In this document: positions 31,451-43,170 of the stretch, in pieces
Layout of the letters: every line of letters starts with the position of its first letter
How positions within the stretch are numbered: position 1 is the first letter of the stretch
Assembly: GCF_009914755.1 (NCBI RefSeq)
Contig: NC_060932.1
DNA: 64,000 nucleotides
From: the human T2T-CHM13v2.0 reference genome, Homo sapiens
Reading direction: 5' to 3' (one strand)
Position numbers and translations under genes: made by a program
The notes under the pieces: model-generated
Databases searched by the model: none
Seen by the model: the letters and a program-made list of their open reading frames with translations, nothing else
Told to the model about the DNA's origin: nothing

Positions 31451-32986
31451 CATTCATCATCAGACCTACAAAAGCACCTTGTATTTCCAAAGACTTTTTG
31501 CTGCTTAAAACAAGTTTGGAATTTATGGATTATTTACTGCCACAGGCGTTTTCCCACTGTCCAGGCTAAAGGAATCTCCTTCTTTGAAACAGATGCAGAT
31601 TTGAAATAACCGAAAAATTTTAATAGCATGGATTGTCCCTGTCAGGATACTAGACTGCCCATCAGGACTCCAGATCAGTTAGGATCCTGCAGATGTCTAC
31701 TGAGTAGGTAGTCCTGAAAATGAGAGCTGAAAACCAAAAGGCAAGACTTGGTGTAGTCAATGGGCCAGGAACTCAGAAAGGGCTCAGGTCCACTGATTCA
31801 GAAATGAAGGCAGAAAAAAATTTAGGCTAGTGGGGAAGAGAAGTTGTTCCATTTTTATCTGAAACAGTCTTGAGACTTTTATTCCAGAGATTCTTGGCAG
31901 ATTCACATGGATCCACACTGTCTCTAGAGTTTCCTTCCTTTATTCAATGGACGTAATGCCCCACATCTTTTAGTTTCTTCATTGGATGAAATAATTTAAC
32001 GCAGTTCTATTGTGGCTCCAACTATTTGGTTGCTTAAAAGTCTCCAAGTTGGAACTTTCCTCTTTTTTTTCCAGCAACAGCTCATGATTTTGTTATAATC
32101 TTTCTCCCAGCTCAGGGGCAATTGCCCAGTTCATCCCTCAATCTGGAAGATATATATTATCCTTTTTTTACTTTCTAAAAATTCTGTTCTCTATCCCACC
32201 ATCTGCTAGTTGCTTTCCTTTCCCTGCAGCTGGTCATAATTAATAAATTATAAATTTTAAATTAGGCCCATCTCAGCTACTTCTCCTTAGCAATATCTTA
32301 GCAATGACTCTGTAGGAGCTTGGTAAAAAGATTTCTTCAGAAATGATCCCAAGTTAAAATGTAATAGTTACTAAGTAGTAAAATGCAAATCTTCAAACTG
32401 GTCATGTTTTAGATAAAAATCGAAGCTGTAAGATATATGTCTAGAAACTCCTATTAATCACAAAGCTGCATGTACCTTGATGTACTCTACCAAGACAACA
32501 CTTTGTGAGTCACCTAATACTATCTCCAACCATCAGATCGCAAATCTCTGTGTAAACAGGGGAAATTATTATCCCACTCCTACTTGCAAATACTAATTGC
32601 ACAATAATGACATTTACATAATGAGTCAATGAGACAGTGAAACAAAAAAAATCAGTTAAAAATGTGATTAAACAGGCACACAGTCCTCACAATAATAGTT
32701 TTGTATGATTAACAGCAAACTGGTTCACACACTGCCAGAGAATAACCTATAGAGGTTTATTGAGCTGAGGTCTAAACAATGGGAGGTATGGGAGATATAA
32801 GATTAGCATTATGAGATGTGGAGCTTGCATTTTTATCAGGGTTGCAAAGTTAAACAAATGTAGAATAATTTAAGAACTTCATAAGCACTCTTAATTCTGA
32901 AGTGTGGGTACAGGTATGAAGTACTCAAAATCACCTAGCAGTTGAAATTATCTCTTAAGATTTCTGTCTTTGTTATTATTGTTTAC

Positions 32987-33437
32987 TGTATTAATTAATA
33001 TTCCCCCAGAGAAACAGAACCAATATGATTTGATATATAACAGATTTTATATATAAGAGAGATTTATTTTAAGAAACCGGGACTTGGCTCATGCAATAGT
33101 GGGGTCTGATAAGTCTGAAATTGACAGAGCAGATTAGCAGACTAGAAATTCAGGTGACAGTGATGTAGTCTTGAGACCAAATTCAGCTCAGGGAGGATTT
33201 TTATGTTGCAGTCTTGAGAATTCCTTCTTCAGAAAACTTCCATCTTTGCTCTTAAGGCCTTCAACTGATTAGATAAGGCCCACTCACATTATGGAGAATA
33301 ACTTGCTTTACTCAAAGTAAACTGATTTAATGTTAATCACATCTAAAAAATATCATCAGAGGAACATCTATACTGGTGCTTGACCAAACAGCTAGACACC
33401 ATAACCTAGCCAAGTTGATACAGATTTAAACATCACA
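32987..33437 (-). mobile_element. MLT2 (MLT2C/D-like) LTR
   Basis: CCAGAGAAACAGAACCAATA...TTGGCTCATGCAAT...GGCCTTCAACTGATTAGATAAGGCCCACTCACATT...GCCAAGTTGATACA. Confidence 0.85.
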
Positions 33438-33517
33438 ATTATAGACACTCAATAATGAAGGAAATAAGTACTCATAAGGAAAATCATGCTCATCATAGTA
33501 CTTTCCACAACATGCTT

Positions 33518-33857
33518 TTTAAAAACACGGCCCCAAAATTCTTTGACATTCCTCCCCCGAAAGGTTACAGGGAGCTCTGTCTCTCCATGTGGCTTGAGCT
33601 CTCACAGCATGGTGGCTGGGTTCAAAGTGTGAGTATCCCAAGAGGAAATTTCTGAGATGCATTTCAAGCTGCATTTTAGGAGGAAACTGAGTGATATTTT
33701 ATGACCTAGCCTCAGAAGTCACATGATGTCAATTCTCCATGCTATGTTGGTTGAAGCAGTTACAAGTATTCCCTAACTCAAAAGAAGGGGAAACAGATCT
33801 ACCTTTCTCTGGGAGGAGTACCAAAGAATTTGGGGCCCATGTTTTTAAATTGCCACA
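33518..33857 (-). mobile_element. MLT1F/G/H-like LTR fragment with an inverted copy of its own 5' end
   Basis: TTTTATGACCTAGCCTCAGAAGTCACA...CCAAAGAATTTGGGGCCCATGTTTTTAAATTGCCACA. Confidence 0.75.
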
Positions 33858-33864
33858 ATTAATT

Positions 33865-34050
33865 AACATTAATTGAGCTGCTACTGTGTCCCAGGCTGTG
33901 TGATCAACTTTTATGTATGTCTTTTAATCCTCCAACCTCTCTGAAATGTGATTATTACATATAAGTAAACTGAACAAGAAATATTAAAACTTCCCAAACT
34001 CACACAGCCAGCAAGTGGCATTGTGGCATTAACCTAGGCGTTCTAACTCT
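33865..34050 (-). mobile_element. MIR
   Basis: ATTGAGC...TACTGTGTCCCAGG...TTTAATCCTC...AACTTCCCAAACTCACACAGCCAGCAAGTGGCA. Confidence 0.7.
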
Positions 34051-34239
34051 AAATCCCACACATTTTGTAAGACACAACCCTGTCTCCTATTTTTAAAAGA
34101 AAGAAATAAAGAAAAATAAAATCAAAGTTAATAAGAATATTTTTTGATTGCCACCTGAAGTAGACATTTTTGTTTAGGTCTACCCAGCATTCATTCATTC
34201 TTCTGATAATGCAGACCACAGGCAAATCAGAAAATGTCT

Positions 34240-34376
34240 CCTGTCTAAGCAGATGCAGGCCCTGTGGATCATGCCATGGCAAGGGGAGCTCAGGCTGGAT
34301 TTCAGACCCTAATCGCCATGTAGCTGGGCAGCTTCCTGCAGTGAGCAGCCTGTAAAACTGTACATGTTGGCCTTGC
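34240..34376 (-). mobile_element. MER91-like (hAT-Tip100) MITE
   Basis: Reverse complement CAAGGCCAACATGTACAGTTTTACAGGCTGCTCACTGCA...CTGAAATCCAGCCTGAGCTCC. Confidence 0.6.
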
Positions 34377-34379
34377 CCC

Positions 34380-34771
34380 AAACCACCCTCATTCCTGGTA
34401 GAGGTAAACAGGGCCCACCTACACTCCAGCTGGAACATGTGACCCAGTTTGCCTAATGAGATCCATTTCAGGGCTCTTGTTGAAGCCACTAGAGAAGGAA
34501 GTTATTTTCTTTTTGCAGAAACTTTAGCAGTAGTGTAATATAAGGCAAGAGCAGCTGGGGACCACCCTACAAAGTTTGAAATAAAACCTCCATAAAGGAA
34601 AGCAGGACTGGGGGTGGGGGCTGGATCCTTGGATCCACCCTTACCTGAAGCCAGGACTATCCCTAGACTCTGCAGATACTTGAGTGAATAACCATCCTAC
34701 TTTTATTTTCATTTAAAAACATGTTTATGTTGAATTTATGACACTCATAATCAATTGTCCTAACTGATATA
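34380..34771 (+). mobile_element. Old MaLR LTR (MLT1J/K/L-like)
   Basis: CATGTGACCCAG...TGGATCCACCCTTACCTGAAGCCAG...CCCTAGACT...TCCTAACTGATA. Confidence 0.6.
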
Positions 34772-35127
34772 TCACCATGGTCATAACTTCACTTTATCTA
34801 TTAAAAAAAAAAGTAAAAAAAAAAAAAAAAAAAAACAGAAAGATCTTGAAAATCCTTTCTAGCTGTGGTTCAACCAGTGATCTCTAAGTATATGTGCAGA
34901 TACGTGTCTGCACATATACAGAGAGAGAGAGAAGGAGAGAGATAGTGGGGGGATAGAGAGACGTATATATTTCTATATACTTGGGCCTTAACTTTCTCAT
35001 CTTTACAACTAGAATATAGAACTGCAGTGTCTTCAATTTCCTTCCAAAGCTGATTCTGTAATTTTCTACAGATAAGGGCAGAAAATATCCTAACTTATTT
35101 CTGTTCGGACTACTGAACAGCTCTGTA

Positions 35128-35147
35128 GCACTGCCACCTGGTGACCA
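35128..35147 (-). promoter_or_regulatory. Candidate CTCF site
   Basis: Minus strand TGGTCACCAGGTGGCAGTGC, one mismatch to the core CCACCAGGTGGCAG. Confidence 0.6.
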
Positions 35148-35161
35148 TTTGCTTCAGCTGT

Positions 35162-37744
35162 TATATTAGTCCGTTTTCACGCTGCTGATGAAGACATACC
35201 CAAAACGGGGAAGAAAAAAAGATTTAATTGGATTTTCAGTTCCATATGCCTGGGGATGCCTCAGAATCACGGCAGAAGGTGAAAGGCACTTCTTACATGG
35301 TGACAGCAAGAGAAAATGAGGAAGAAGAAAAAGCAGAAACCCTTAATAAGCCCATCAGATCTTGTGAGATGTATTCACTATCATGAGAGTAGCACAGGAA
35401 AGACCAGCCCCCGTGATTTAATTGCCTCCCCTGGGTCCCTCCTACCACATGCAGGTATTCTGGGAAATACAATTCAACTTGAGATTTGTGTGGGTACACA
35501 GCCAAACCATATCATTCCTTCCCTGGCCCCTCCAAATCTCATGTCCGCACATTTCAAAACCAATCATGCCTTCTCAACAGTCCCCCAAAGTCCTAACTCA
35601 TTTCAGGGTTAACCCAAAAGTCCACAGTCCAAAGTCTCATCTGAGAAAAGGTAAGTCCCTTCTGCCTATGAGCCTGTAAAAACAAAAGCAAGCTAGTTAC
35701 TTCCTAGATATAATGGAGGTACAGGGATTGGGTAAATACAACCATTCCAAATGGGAGAAATTGGCAAAAACAAAGGGGTTACAGGGCCCATGCAAGTTCG
35801 AAATCCAGCGGGGCAGTCAAATTTTAAAGCTCCAAAATGATCTCCTTTGACTCCAGGTCTCATATCCAGGTCATGCTGATGCAAGAGGTGGGTTCCATGG
35901 TCTTGGGCAGCTCCACGCCTGTGGCTCCCTCCTGGCTGCTTTAATGGGCTGGCATTGAGTGTCTGCGGCTTTTCCAGGCAAAAGGTGCAAGCTGTCGGTG
36001 GATCTACTATTCTGGGGTCTGGAGGACAGTGGCCCTCTTCTCACACCTCCACTAAGCAGTGCCCCAGTAGGGACTCTGTGTGGGGGCTCCGACATCATAT
36101 TTCCCTTCTCCACTGACGGAGCAGATGTTCTCCATGAAGGCCCCACCCCTGCAGCAAACTTTTGCCTGGGCATCCAGGCATTTCCATACATCTCCTGAAA
36201 TCTAGATGGAGATTTCCAAACCTCAATTCTTGACTTCTGTGCACCTGCAGGCTCAACGCCATGTGGAAGCTGCCAAGGCTTGGGGCTTCCACCCTCTGAA
36301 GCCACAGCCCAAGCTCTATGTTGGCCCCTTTCAGCCACAGCTGGAGCTGATGGGACACAGGGCACCAAGTTCCTAGGCTGCACACAGCATGGGGACCCTG
36401 GGCCCAGCCAGGAAACCACTTTTTCCTACTGGACCTCTTGGCTGTGAAGGCCTCTGACATGGCCTGGAGACATTTTCCCCACGGTCTTGGAGATTAACAT
36501 TAGGCTCCTTGCTACTTATGTAAGTTTCTGCAGCTGGCTGGAATTTCTCCTCAGAAATGGATTTTTCTTTTCTGTTGCATCATCAGGCTGCAAATTTTCT
36601 AAACTTTTATGTTGTTTACCTTTTAAAATGGAATGCTTTTAAGAGCACCCAAGTCACTTTTGAATATACTATGCAGCCCTAAAAAGGGATGAGTTCATGT
36701 CCTTTGCAGAGACATGGATGAAACTGGAAACCATCATTCTCAGCAAAGTATCACAAGAACAGAAAACCAAACACTGCATGTTCTCACTCGTAAGTGGGAG
36801 TTGAACAATGAGAACACATGGACATAGGGAGGGAAACATCACACACCAGGGCCTGTCGGAGGGTTGGGGGGTAGGAGAGGATAACATTAGGAGAAATATC
36901 TAACATAGGTGACGGGTTGAAGGGTGCAGCAAACCACCATGGCGCGTGTATACCTATGTAACAAAACTGCACCTTCTGCATATGTATCCCAGAACTTAAA
37001 GTATAATAATTAAAAAAAGGAAATTTATTCTGCCAGATACCCTAAATCATCTCTCTCAAGTTCAAAGTTCCACAAATCTCCAGGGCAGGGGCAAATGCCT
37101 CCAGTCTCTTTGCTAAAACATAAGAGTAACCCTTGCTCCAGTTCCCAACAAGTTCTTCATCTCCGTCTGAGACCACTTCAACCTAGACCTTATTGTTCAT
37201 ATCACTAATCAACATTTATCCCAAAGCCATTCAACAAGTCTCTAGGAGGTTCCAAACTTTTCCACATTTTTTGTCTTCTTCCGAGCCCCCCAAACTGTTC
37301 CAACCTCTGGCTGTTACCCAGTTCCAAAGTCACTTCCACATTTTCAGGTATCTTTTCAGCAACGCCCCACTCTACTGGTACCAATTTACTGTATTAGTTC
37401 ATTTTCACACTGCTGATAAAGACATAGCCAAGACTGGGAAGAAAAAGAGGTCTAATTGGACTTACAGTTCTACATGGCTGGGGAGGCCTCACAATAATGG
37501 CAGGAGGTGAAAGTCACTTTTTACATGGTGGTGGCAAGAGAAAATGAGGAAGAAGCAAAAGCGGAAACCCCTGGATAAATCCATCAGATTTCATGAGACT
37601 TATTCACTATTACAAGAATAGCATGGGAAAGATTGGCCCCCACGATTCAATTACCTCCCCCTGGGTCCTTCCCACAACACATGCGAATTCTGGGAGACAC
37701 AATTCAACTTGAGGTCTGGGTGGAGACACAGCCAAACCATGTCA
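35162..37744 (-). mobile_element. THE1A provirus: LTR 35162-35514, internal region, LTR 37390-37744; 5-bp TSD GCTGT
   Basis: Two homologous ~355-bp LTRs ending CAGCCAAACCATRTCA; THE1-int between them; GCTGT at 35157-35161 and 37745-37749. Confidence 0.95.
36665..37018 (+). mobile_element. L1PA8/8A 3'-end fragment nested in THE1A-int
   Basis: ATACTATGCAGCC...GGATAACATTAGGAGAAATA...AGGTGACGGGTTGA...CCCAGAACTTAAAGTATAAT plus A tail. Confidence 0.92.
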
Positions 37745-37849
37745 GCTGTTTTTGCCCTTCTGATCAACAAAGGAATTAATGCAATTCCAAAAGCTTTTGA
37801 AATAATATTTAAGGCCTCAAACATGTGAAACTAAAATAAATAAATACAT

Positions 37850-39310
37850 TTCAATAAACATTTTATTGAGTGTCAACTGAACACAAGTCACTATAAAGAG
37901 CATATGAAAATATCTAAGCAGTCTTGGAATTTTGAATGTTTTTTTTTTCTTTTTCTGTGGAAAAAGGAAACTATCTATCTAACTAACTAAGGAAACTAAC
38001 TATCTTGCCCAGGCTAGTCTCAAACTGCTGGGCTCAAGTGATCCTCCTGCTTCTGCCTCCCTAAGTGCTTGGATTACAGGCATGAGCCACCCTATCCATA
38101 TAGTCTAGGAATTTTGATCTCATGGGGACATCCTATAATCCATACTGTAAGAGGATAACAAAAGAAAGTTACAGATAATAATTAACTAGAAGGCCACAAA
38201 TGCCTGAGAAATTTTGAAGATATTAGAGGAAGTGCATTGACATGAGTTTGCTGTTTACAATGGGACAGTATCATTCTAGATGGAGAGAAAAGCATGGTCA
38301 AAGAACAATGCAATGATTCATCATAGAATATATTTTAGGAATAGCTACAGACCACTTACAGTGGAGCATAGATGTGATCAGGGGACTACTAGGACGAAGG
38401 GCTTTTTAAAAAGTAGTTGTAGGTCATATTTGAGAGAAACTTGAAGGTCAGTATAAGCAAGCAGAGCACAGAATGGAAAGGTGGTGAGAGATCAGAAATA
38501 AGCATACTGGCTGGGGTGTAAGAAAAATATAATTCCATAAGGGCCTAAACTAGGGTAGTGGTAGCAAGAAGACCAGATAAAACAAACATATGCAAGAGAT
38601 ATGTCTGAGTTAGACTCCACAAAGTTTAGTAACTGATTAAATATGAATTAGAACAAAGGAACTCCTTATGATGGAGAAATGTTATCTTGGACTTTTGAGC
38701 ACAGATGACTGCAAAAACAGGTGAGCTACTAAAAAAATGACTCGGGAAGAGGAGCTTTTGGCTGTGGGCAGAGGGAGTGGAAGAATATCTTAAATTCAGA
38801 CTTAGGCTAAGGTGGAGTTCAGAAGGATTTCTGGTTGAAGATATACAAAGTGTAGCTGGAAATAAAGGCTTCAGTCTCAAGGGAGTATCTGGAAACAAAG
38901 ATGCAGGGTTTAGAACCATCTTTGAAATAATTGTTAAGCTAACAAAAATAGATATAGTGGCCAACTAGTAGAATAGAAAGAAGAGTAAGTGCAAAACACT
39001 GAAGAATGCCAAATTTTAGAGGACAGAAAGAGAAAAATAAGTCAGTAGAGGAAACAAAAGTATTAGAGAGCAAGGGAGTATCAGGATGGGGCTGTGTCAT
39101 AGAAGCCAAGAGAGAAAAGCATTTCAAGAAGAAAATCAATACAGGAAAATTCAGAGAATCTGAAGGAGCGAAAGAATAAGAAATACCAAACCATTGGTTG
39201 AACTACTTGCTGATGTTAAGAGAACTGTTTTAGTGAAATTCTGGGGGCAAAAGCAGGAGAAGAAGAAGAACTAACCCATGAGTTCAGGCAGAGTTCACAC
39301 CCTACTCTCA
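37850..39310 (-). mobile_element. L2 fragments, degenerate, interrupted by a FLAM
   Basis: TTCAATAAACATTTTATTGAG 3'-end motif; purine-rich L2 antisense pattern (GGCCTAAACTAGGGTAGTGG, TGTCATAGAAGCCAAGAG). Confidence 0.6.
37939..38100 (-). mobile_element. FLAM / Alu left monomer with degenerate TSD
   Basis: TTGCCCAGGCTAGTCTCAAACTGCTGGGCTCAAGTGATCC...GGATTACAGGCATGAGCCACC; flanked by AGTCT(T/A)GGAATTTTGA. Confidence 0.8.
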
Positions 39311-39327
39311 AGAAATTTAATATATTT

Positions 39328-39614
39328 GGCCGAGTGTGGTGGCTCATGCCTGTAACTCCAGTGCTTTGGGAGGACAAGGCAAGAAGATCACTTGAGCCCA
39401 GCAGTTTGAGACCAGCCTGGGCAACATAGGAAGACCCCATCTCTACAGAAAATTTAAAAATTAGTCAGATGTGGTGGTGGGTACCTACAGTCACAGCTAC
39501 TCAGGAGGCTGAGGTTGGAGGATGGCTTGAGCCCAGAAAGTCGAGACTGCAGTGACCCATGTTCACACCACTGAACTCCAGCCTGGTCAACCGAGTGATA
39601 CCCTGTCTCAAAAG
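39328..39614 (+). mobile_element. AluJ
   Basis: GATCACTTGAGCCCAG, GGAGGATGGCTTGAGCCCAG, ACCCTGTCTC diagnostics; high divergence. Confidence 0.92.
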
Positions 39615-39629
39615 CGAGAAAGAAGGAAG

Positions 39630-39804
39630 AAAGGAAAGGAAAGGAAAGGAAAGGAAAGGAAAGGAAAGGAAAGGAAAGGAAAGGAAAGGAAAGGAAAGGA
39701 AAGGAAAGGAAAGGAAAGGAAAGGAAAGGAAAGGAAAGGAAAGGGAAGGAGGGAGGGAGGGAGGAGGGCGGAGGGAGGGAGGGAGGAGGGGGAGGGAGGG
39801 AGGG
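39630..39804 (+). repeat. (AAAGG)23 followed by a (GGGA)n G-rich tract, in the AluJ tail
   Basis: Perfect AAAGG units at 39630-39744, then GGGA-type repeats. Confidence 0.97.
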
Positions 39805-40177
39805 AAATTTCACCTACTAGAGGAGGAGAGAGATAAGATAACATAAGAGGGAAAAGGTCAAGCGAAGTTGTTTTTCCTTAACTGGGAAAAGACAAGTGTG
39901 TTTATAGGTGGAAGAAAGAAGTTTAAAGAAAGGGAAACATTTAAAATAACAAAAAAGGAGACATCACTTGAAGTGGCAAAATTCCAAAGACAAAGGTCAA
40001 TGGCTAGGACACAACTGTAGGATTTATATTTGTAAAGGAGAAAGAATAATAATTCTTCTCATATAGAATAATATCAGAAGATAGGGAAACCAAAGAATAA
40101 TTTTATGGCAGAGAAAACATAAGGTCCCATAAGCTGTCACTTAGATTCTTATTCTCAACAAATAAGATGGGACTATA

Positions 40178-40290
40178 GAAGGTGACTGTCTTGTCCCAAC
40201 TTCCCCAGGACTTTCCCAATTTTAGCCCTGAAAGTCCACTTCCCAGGAAATCCCTTAGTCCAGGGCAAACAGGGATGATTGGTAACCATA
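40178..40290 (+). mobile_element. MER81 (hAT-Blackjack MITE)
   Basis: AGGTGAC...GGACTTTCCCAATTTTAGCCCTGAAAGTCC...GGGCAAACAGGGATGATTGGTAACC. Confidence 0.85.
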
Positions 40291-40689
40291 ATTGTGTATC
40301 AATGGAGTGTTGCTGCCATCATGTAAGTTTGCATCTTACTGAGATTGAGGACAAAAATTTATAATACTTTTTAGGAGGAAACTTAACAGGAGTTAATCAG
40401 AAATGGATAAATAGATTGCTGATCAAAAGTGATGGACCATTTTATTAGACAACAGGAATCTGCAATATCAATCATCAGGGTCTCCTCTGCACAGGTTTAT
40501 GCTCAGCAGCCCAGGAGCATCAACTGAGAAAGCAAATGAACGGTTCTTGCAGTGCAGGTGATCTTTCACTCCTGAATCCCATCTGTCTGGCTTCCCTGCA
40601 GGCCACTTCAAAGGACCTCCTCTCACAAGACCACTTGTGACATCCCTATTATTAAGTCCTAATTATCACTTCTGACATCTTGTTGCTTT

Positions 40690-41150
40690 GTAAGCTTCCC
40701 ATTTCATGAAATCTCTATGCCATTTGTCACAGTTGTCTACTCCCTCCTGTGAAAATTTTGCTTTCCTAATTTTTTACATATTTGGCCTATAATTATGCCT
40801 ACATTTGCCTTCCGTAAGGGTTAACCAACTTCACTTTTCACTTTATTGTCTATTTTGTCTATTCCAGAGTTAAGTCCTCTCCAACTATTACTTCTTTATC
40901 CAGGACAAATAAAATTCGACAAGTCTGAAACCAAATTTATTATTTATCTTAAAACCCATTGTACTGTATTACCTGTTCAGCACCATGATTCACTCAATGC
41001 CCAAGCCAGAAACCTAGGAATCGTCAATTCATCCTACCTTCTCTTCCTACGATATTAACTTGATCACTGGATTCTTTTCAATTAACTTGCCTTACATCGT
41101 TCATGTCTTTCCCTTTCTTACTGGTACTGCCACAGTTCATTCTTTGTAAC
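40690..41150 (+). mobile_element. L2 fragment
   Basis: AAGTCTGAAACCAAATTTATTA...CACCATGATTCACTCA...GCCCAAGCCAGAAACCTAGGAATCGTC. Confidence 0.55.
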
Positions 41151-41159
41151 TTCTCAGTT

Positions 41160-41630
41160 GGATTGCCATGGGCAAGAGCCTGAGCAAGGATTGAAGTGCT
41201 GACACTTAAGTTAGAAGGTACAAGGTAGGAAAGGTGAAGATGAACCAAAAAAAAGCAGCGGGGCAAGGAAAGACTTGAAACGCATGCTACATGGCCCTGC
41301 TGGCCAGCATTTTAAACAAACTGCAAAGAAACACATCACATCTCTCAGCAGTGCGCTAGTTCAGCAAGGAGGACTTTCTGAATGGTTGCAAGAAAAAGCC
41401 ATACCTTATAGGAAAGAAAAAAGGAGAGGGAATTTATAGGCTTGGTTTCCTTCTTCCTCCCACTTCTCATTGACCAAATTCCATCCTGCTGGGCTGCAAG
41501 TCTCCACAGACCAGGTTGTATCATCGAGCTACCTGATTTATCATTTGATCCATGTCTGGAGGTTTGGGGTGACTCAGCATGGACAGAGATAAACATGGTG
41601 GGGCAAGGGAAAACATAAGAGCCACAGAGG
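41160..41630 (-). mobile_element. Old ERVL LTR (LTR16/LTR33-like)
   Basis: AGAGCCTGAGCAAGGATTGAAGTGC and GGGAATTTATA...CTCATTGACCAAA motifs; degenerate. Confidence 0.45.
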
Positions 41631-42594
41631 CCCAAGGCTGAATTTAGATTTCAGCCACTTGTCAAGATTTTAATTTGGGCAAGCTAGGGAGTTCGTTTAG
41701 GCTTCTAGTACGTGATACATATAGATTGCTAAGATTGTTTTCAAATTGAGAAAAAATTGTCTTTCTTGTATCTATGAACCAGATTTCTTTTATCTATGAA
41801 CTAGAATATGTTGAAGAATGTCCTGCAGGCAAATTTCTGGCCCTGAACATTTCTCACTTGTTCCTCCTCACTCTCTTCCTTCTGGTATTGACACCATGGA
41901 CACATTCTTATCACAGTATGATTCCAGGCCCTACATCTTCATTTCTTGATGTCAGTGAGTTGATGCAATGAGTGATAGCTTTTGTGGAAGTTATTCAGTG
42001 ATACCAGCGAAAATTTAACTATGCACGGAAGTGACTATGAACCACGTAAGATTCCACTAAAATCAAATTAAAAGAATCCCAGGTCACGTTCCCAAAATTG
42101 CCTGTGACCATTCCAACACTACCTCACATGAGAAGTGTAACAGAGGTGAGTCAGAGTGGAAAGAGACAGCTCTTTTAGCCAATCGTGATTAAAATATCTT
42201 ACTGTGGCAAATTTTTCAAAAACATAACCTTCTAAACACATCAATAGAGCCTCTCATCAGATTATGCAATTGAGAGGCCCTGAAGCTTCATTACCTTATC
42301 CACAAATCTGCACCAGTGCACCAGGTTTGTGGCCAATACTTGGAGCAAGGCTGCCTTTTGTACACACAGAGAGCTTAGAGTTTGGCAATATTAAAAGTCT
42401 TTTGATTCCTAAAAGCACCTCATTCTTTCATGCCTTTATGCATCATGCTTCCTCTATCTCATGAAAGCTCTCCTTATCCTGGCTTCTTGTTCATCTAGTT
42501 TATTTTTCCTTCTCTATGAAGTTTTCCCCGATCCCTCCAAACACAACTCACCTCTTTGTGCCCCTCAAGCACCTAATGTCTACCATTATTTCTG

Positions 42595-43170
42595 CGTGTA
42601 TTGATTCAATCATCAAAAGTGTATTGAGCAACTCCTATGTGCCTGATATATTGCCAAGATATGGCAGTAAACAGAAGAGACAAAGTCCCTGGCCTCACGG
42701 AGCTTACCTTCTAGTGGATGGATGTAGACAATAACCAAATATGTAAGTAAATGTGTAATATGGAAAGCTGTGATTTCTCAAAGAAAGAGAGATTTTTAAA
42801 TTCTGGCTATTTTATAAATGTCCATCAGAATATAACTCAAAGGCAGTGAAGTTTGAAATTATTTGATATCTGAGTGAAGAGGTTTCCATGGGGAAGGAAT
42901 AACAAGTACAAAGGCCCTGAGGTAGAAAGATGTTTGATGAATATGTGGCTGATAGGCTTTGGGTTCAAGGCATAACAAAGAGGCTGGAGCTGTTGAAGGA
43001 AAATAAGAGAGGAGGAGGAGTATGAAAATATAGAGTCAGAGAGATGACCAAGCAGGTCCTTGAAGTCCTGCAGACATTGCAAAGAGCTTGGCTGTTGCTC
43101 TGAGTGAGTTTGGAAGCCATGGCAGGGGGCTAAAGTAACTGACTCACAATTTAAAATGATCACTCTGTTG
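42595..43170 (-). mobile_element. L2a 3' region
   Basis: TATTGAGCAACTCCTATGTGCC...AGACAAAGTCCCTGGCCTCACGGAGCTTAC...AAAGGCCCTGAGG...TTTAAAATGATCACTCTG. Confidence 0.8.

Noticed and set aside
35871-36460. 182-aa and 121-aa ORFs
   Set aside because: They lie in THE1A internal sequence and show no recognisable host protein domain
37473-37486. PRDM9 hotspot motif in the THE1A LTR
   Set aside because: Minus strand reads CCTCCCCAGCCAT, the ordinary THE1 form rather than CCTCCCTAGCCAC; the other LTR is more degraded
39454-39846. ORFs with FPFLS or KGKER repeats
   Set aside because: They are translations of the (AAAGG)n microsatellite and the AluJ
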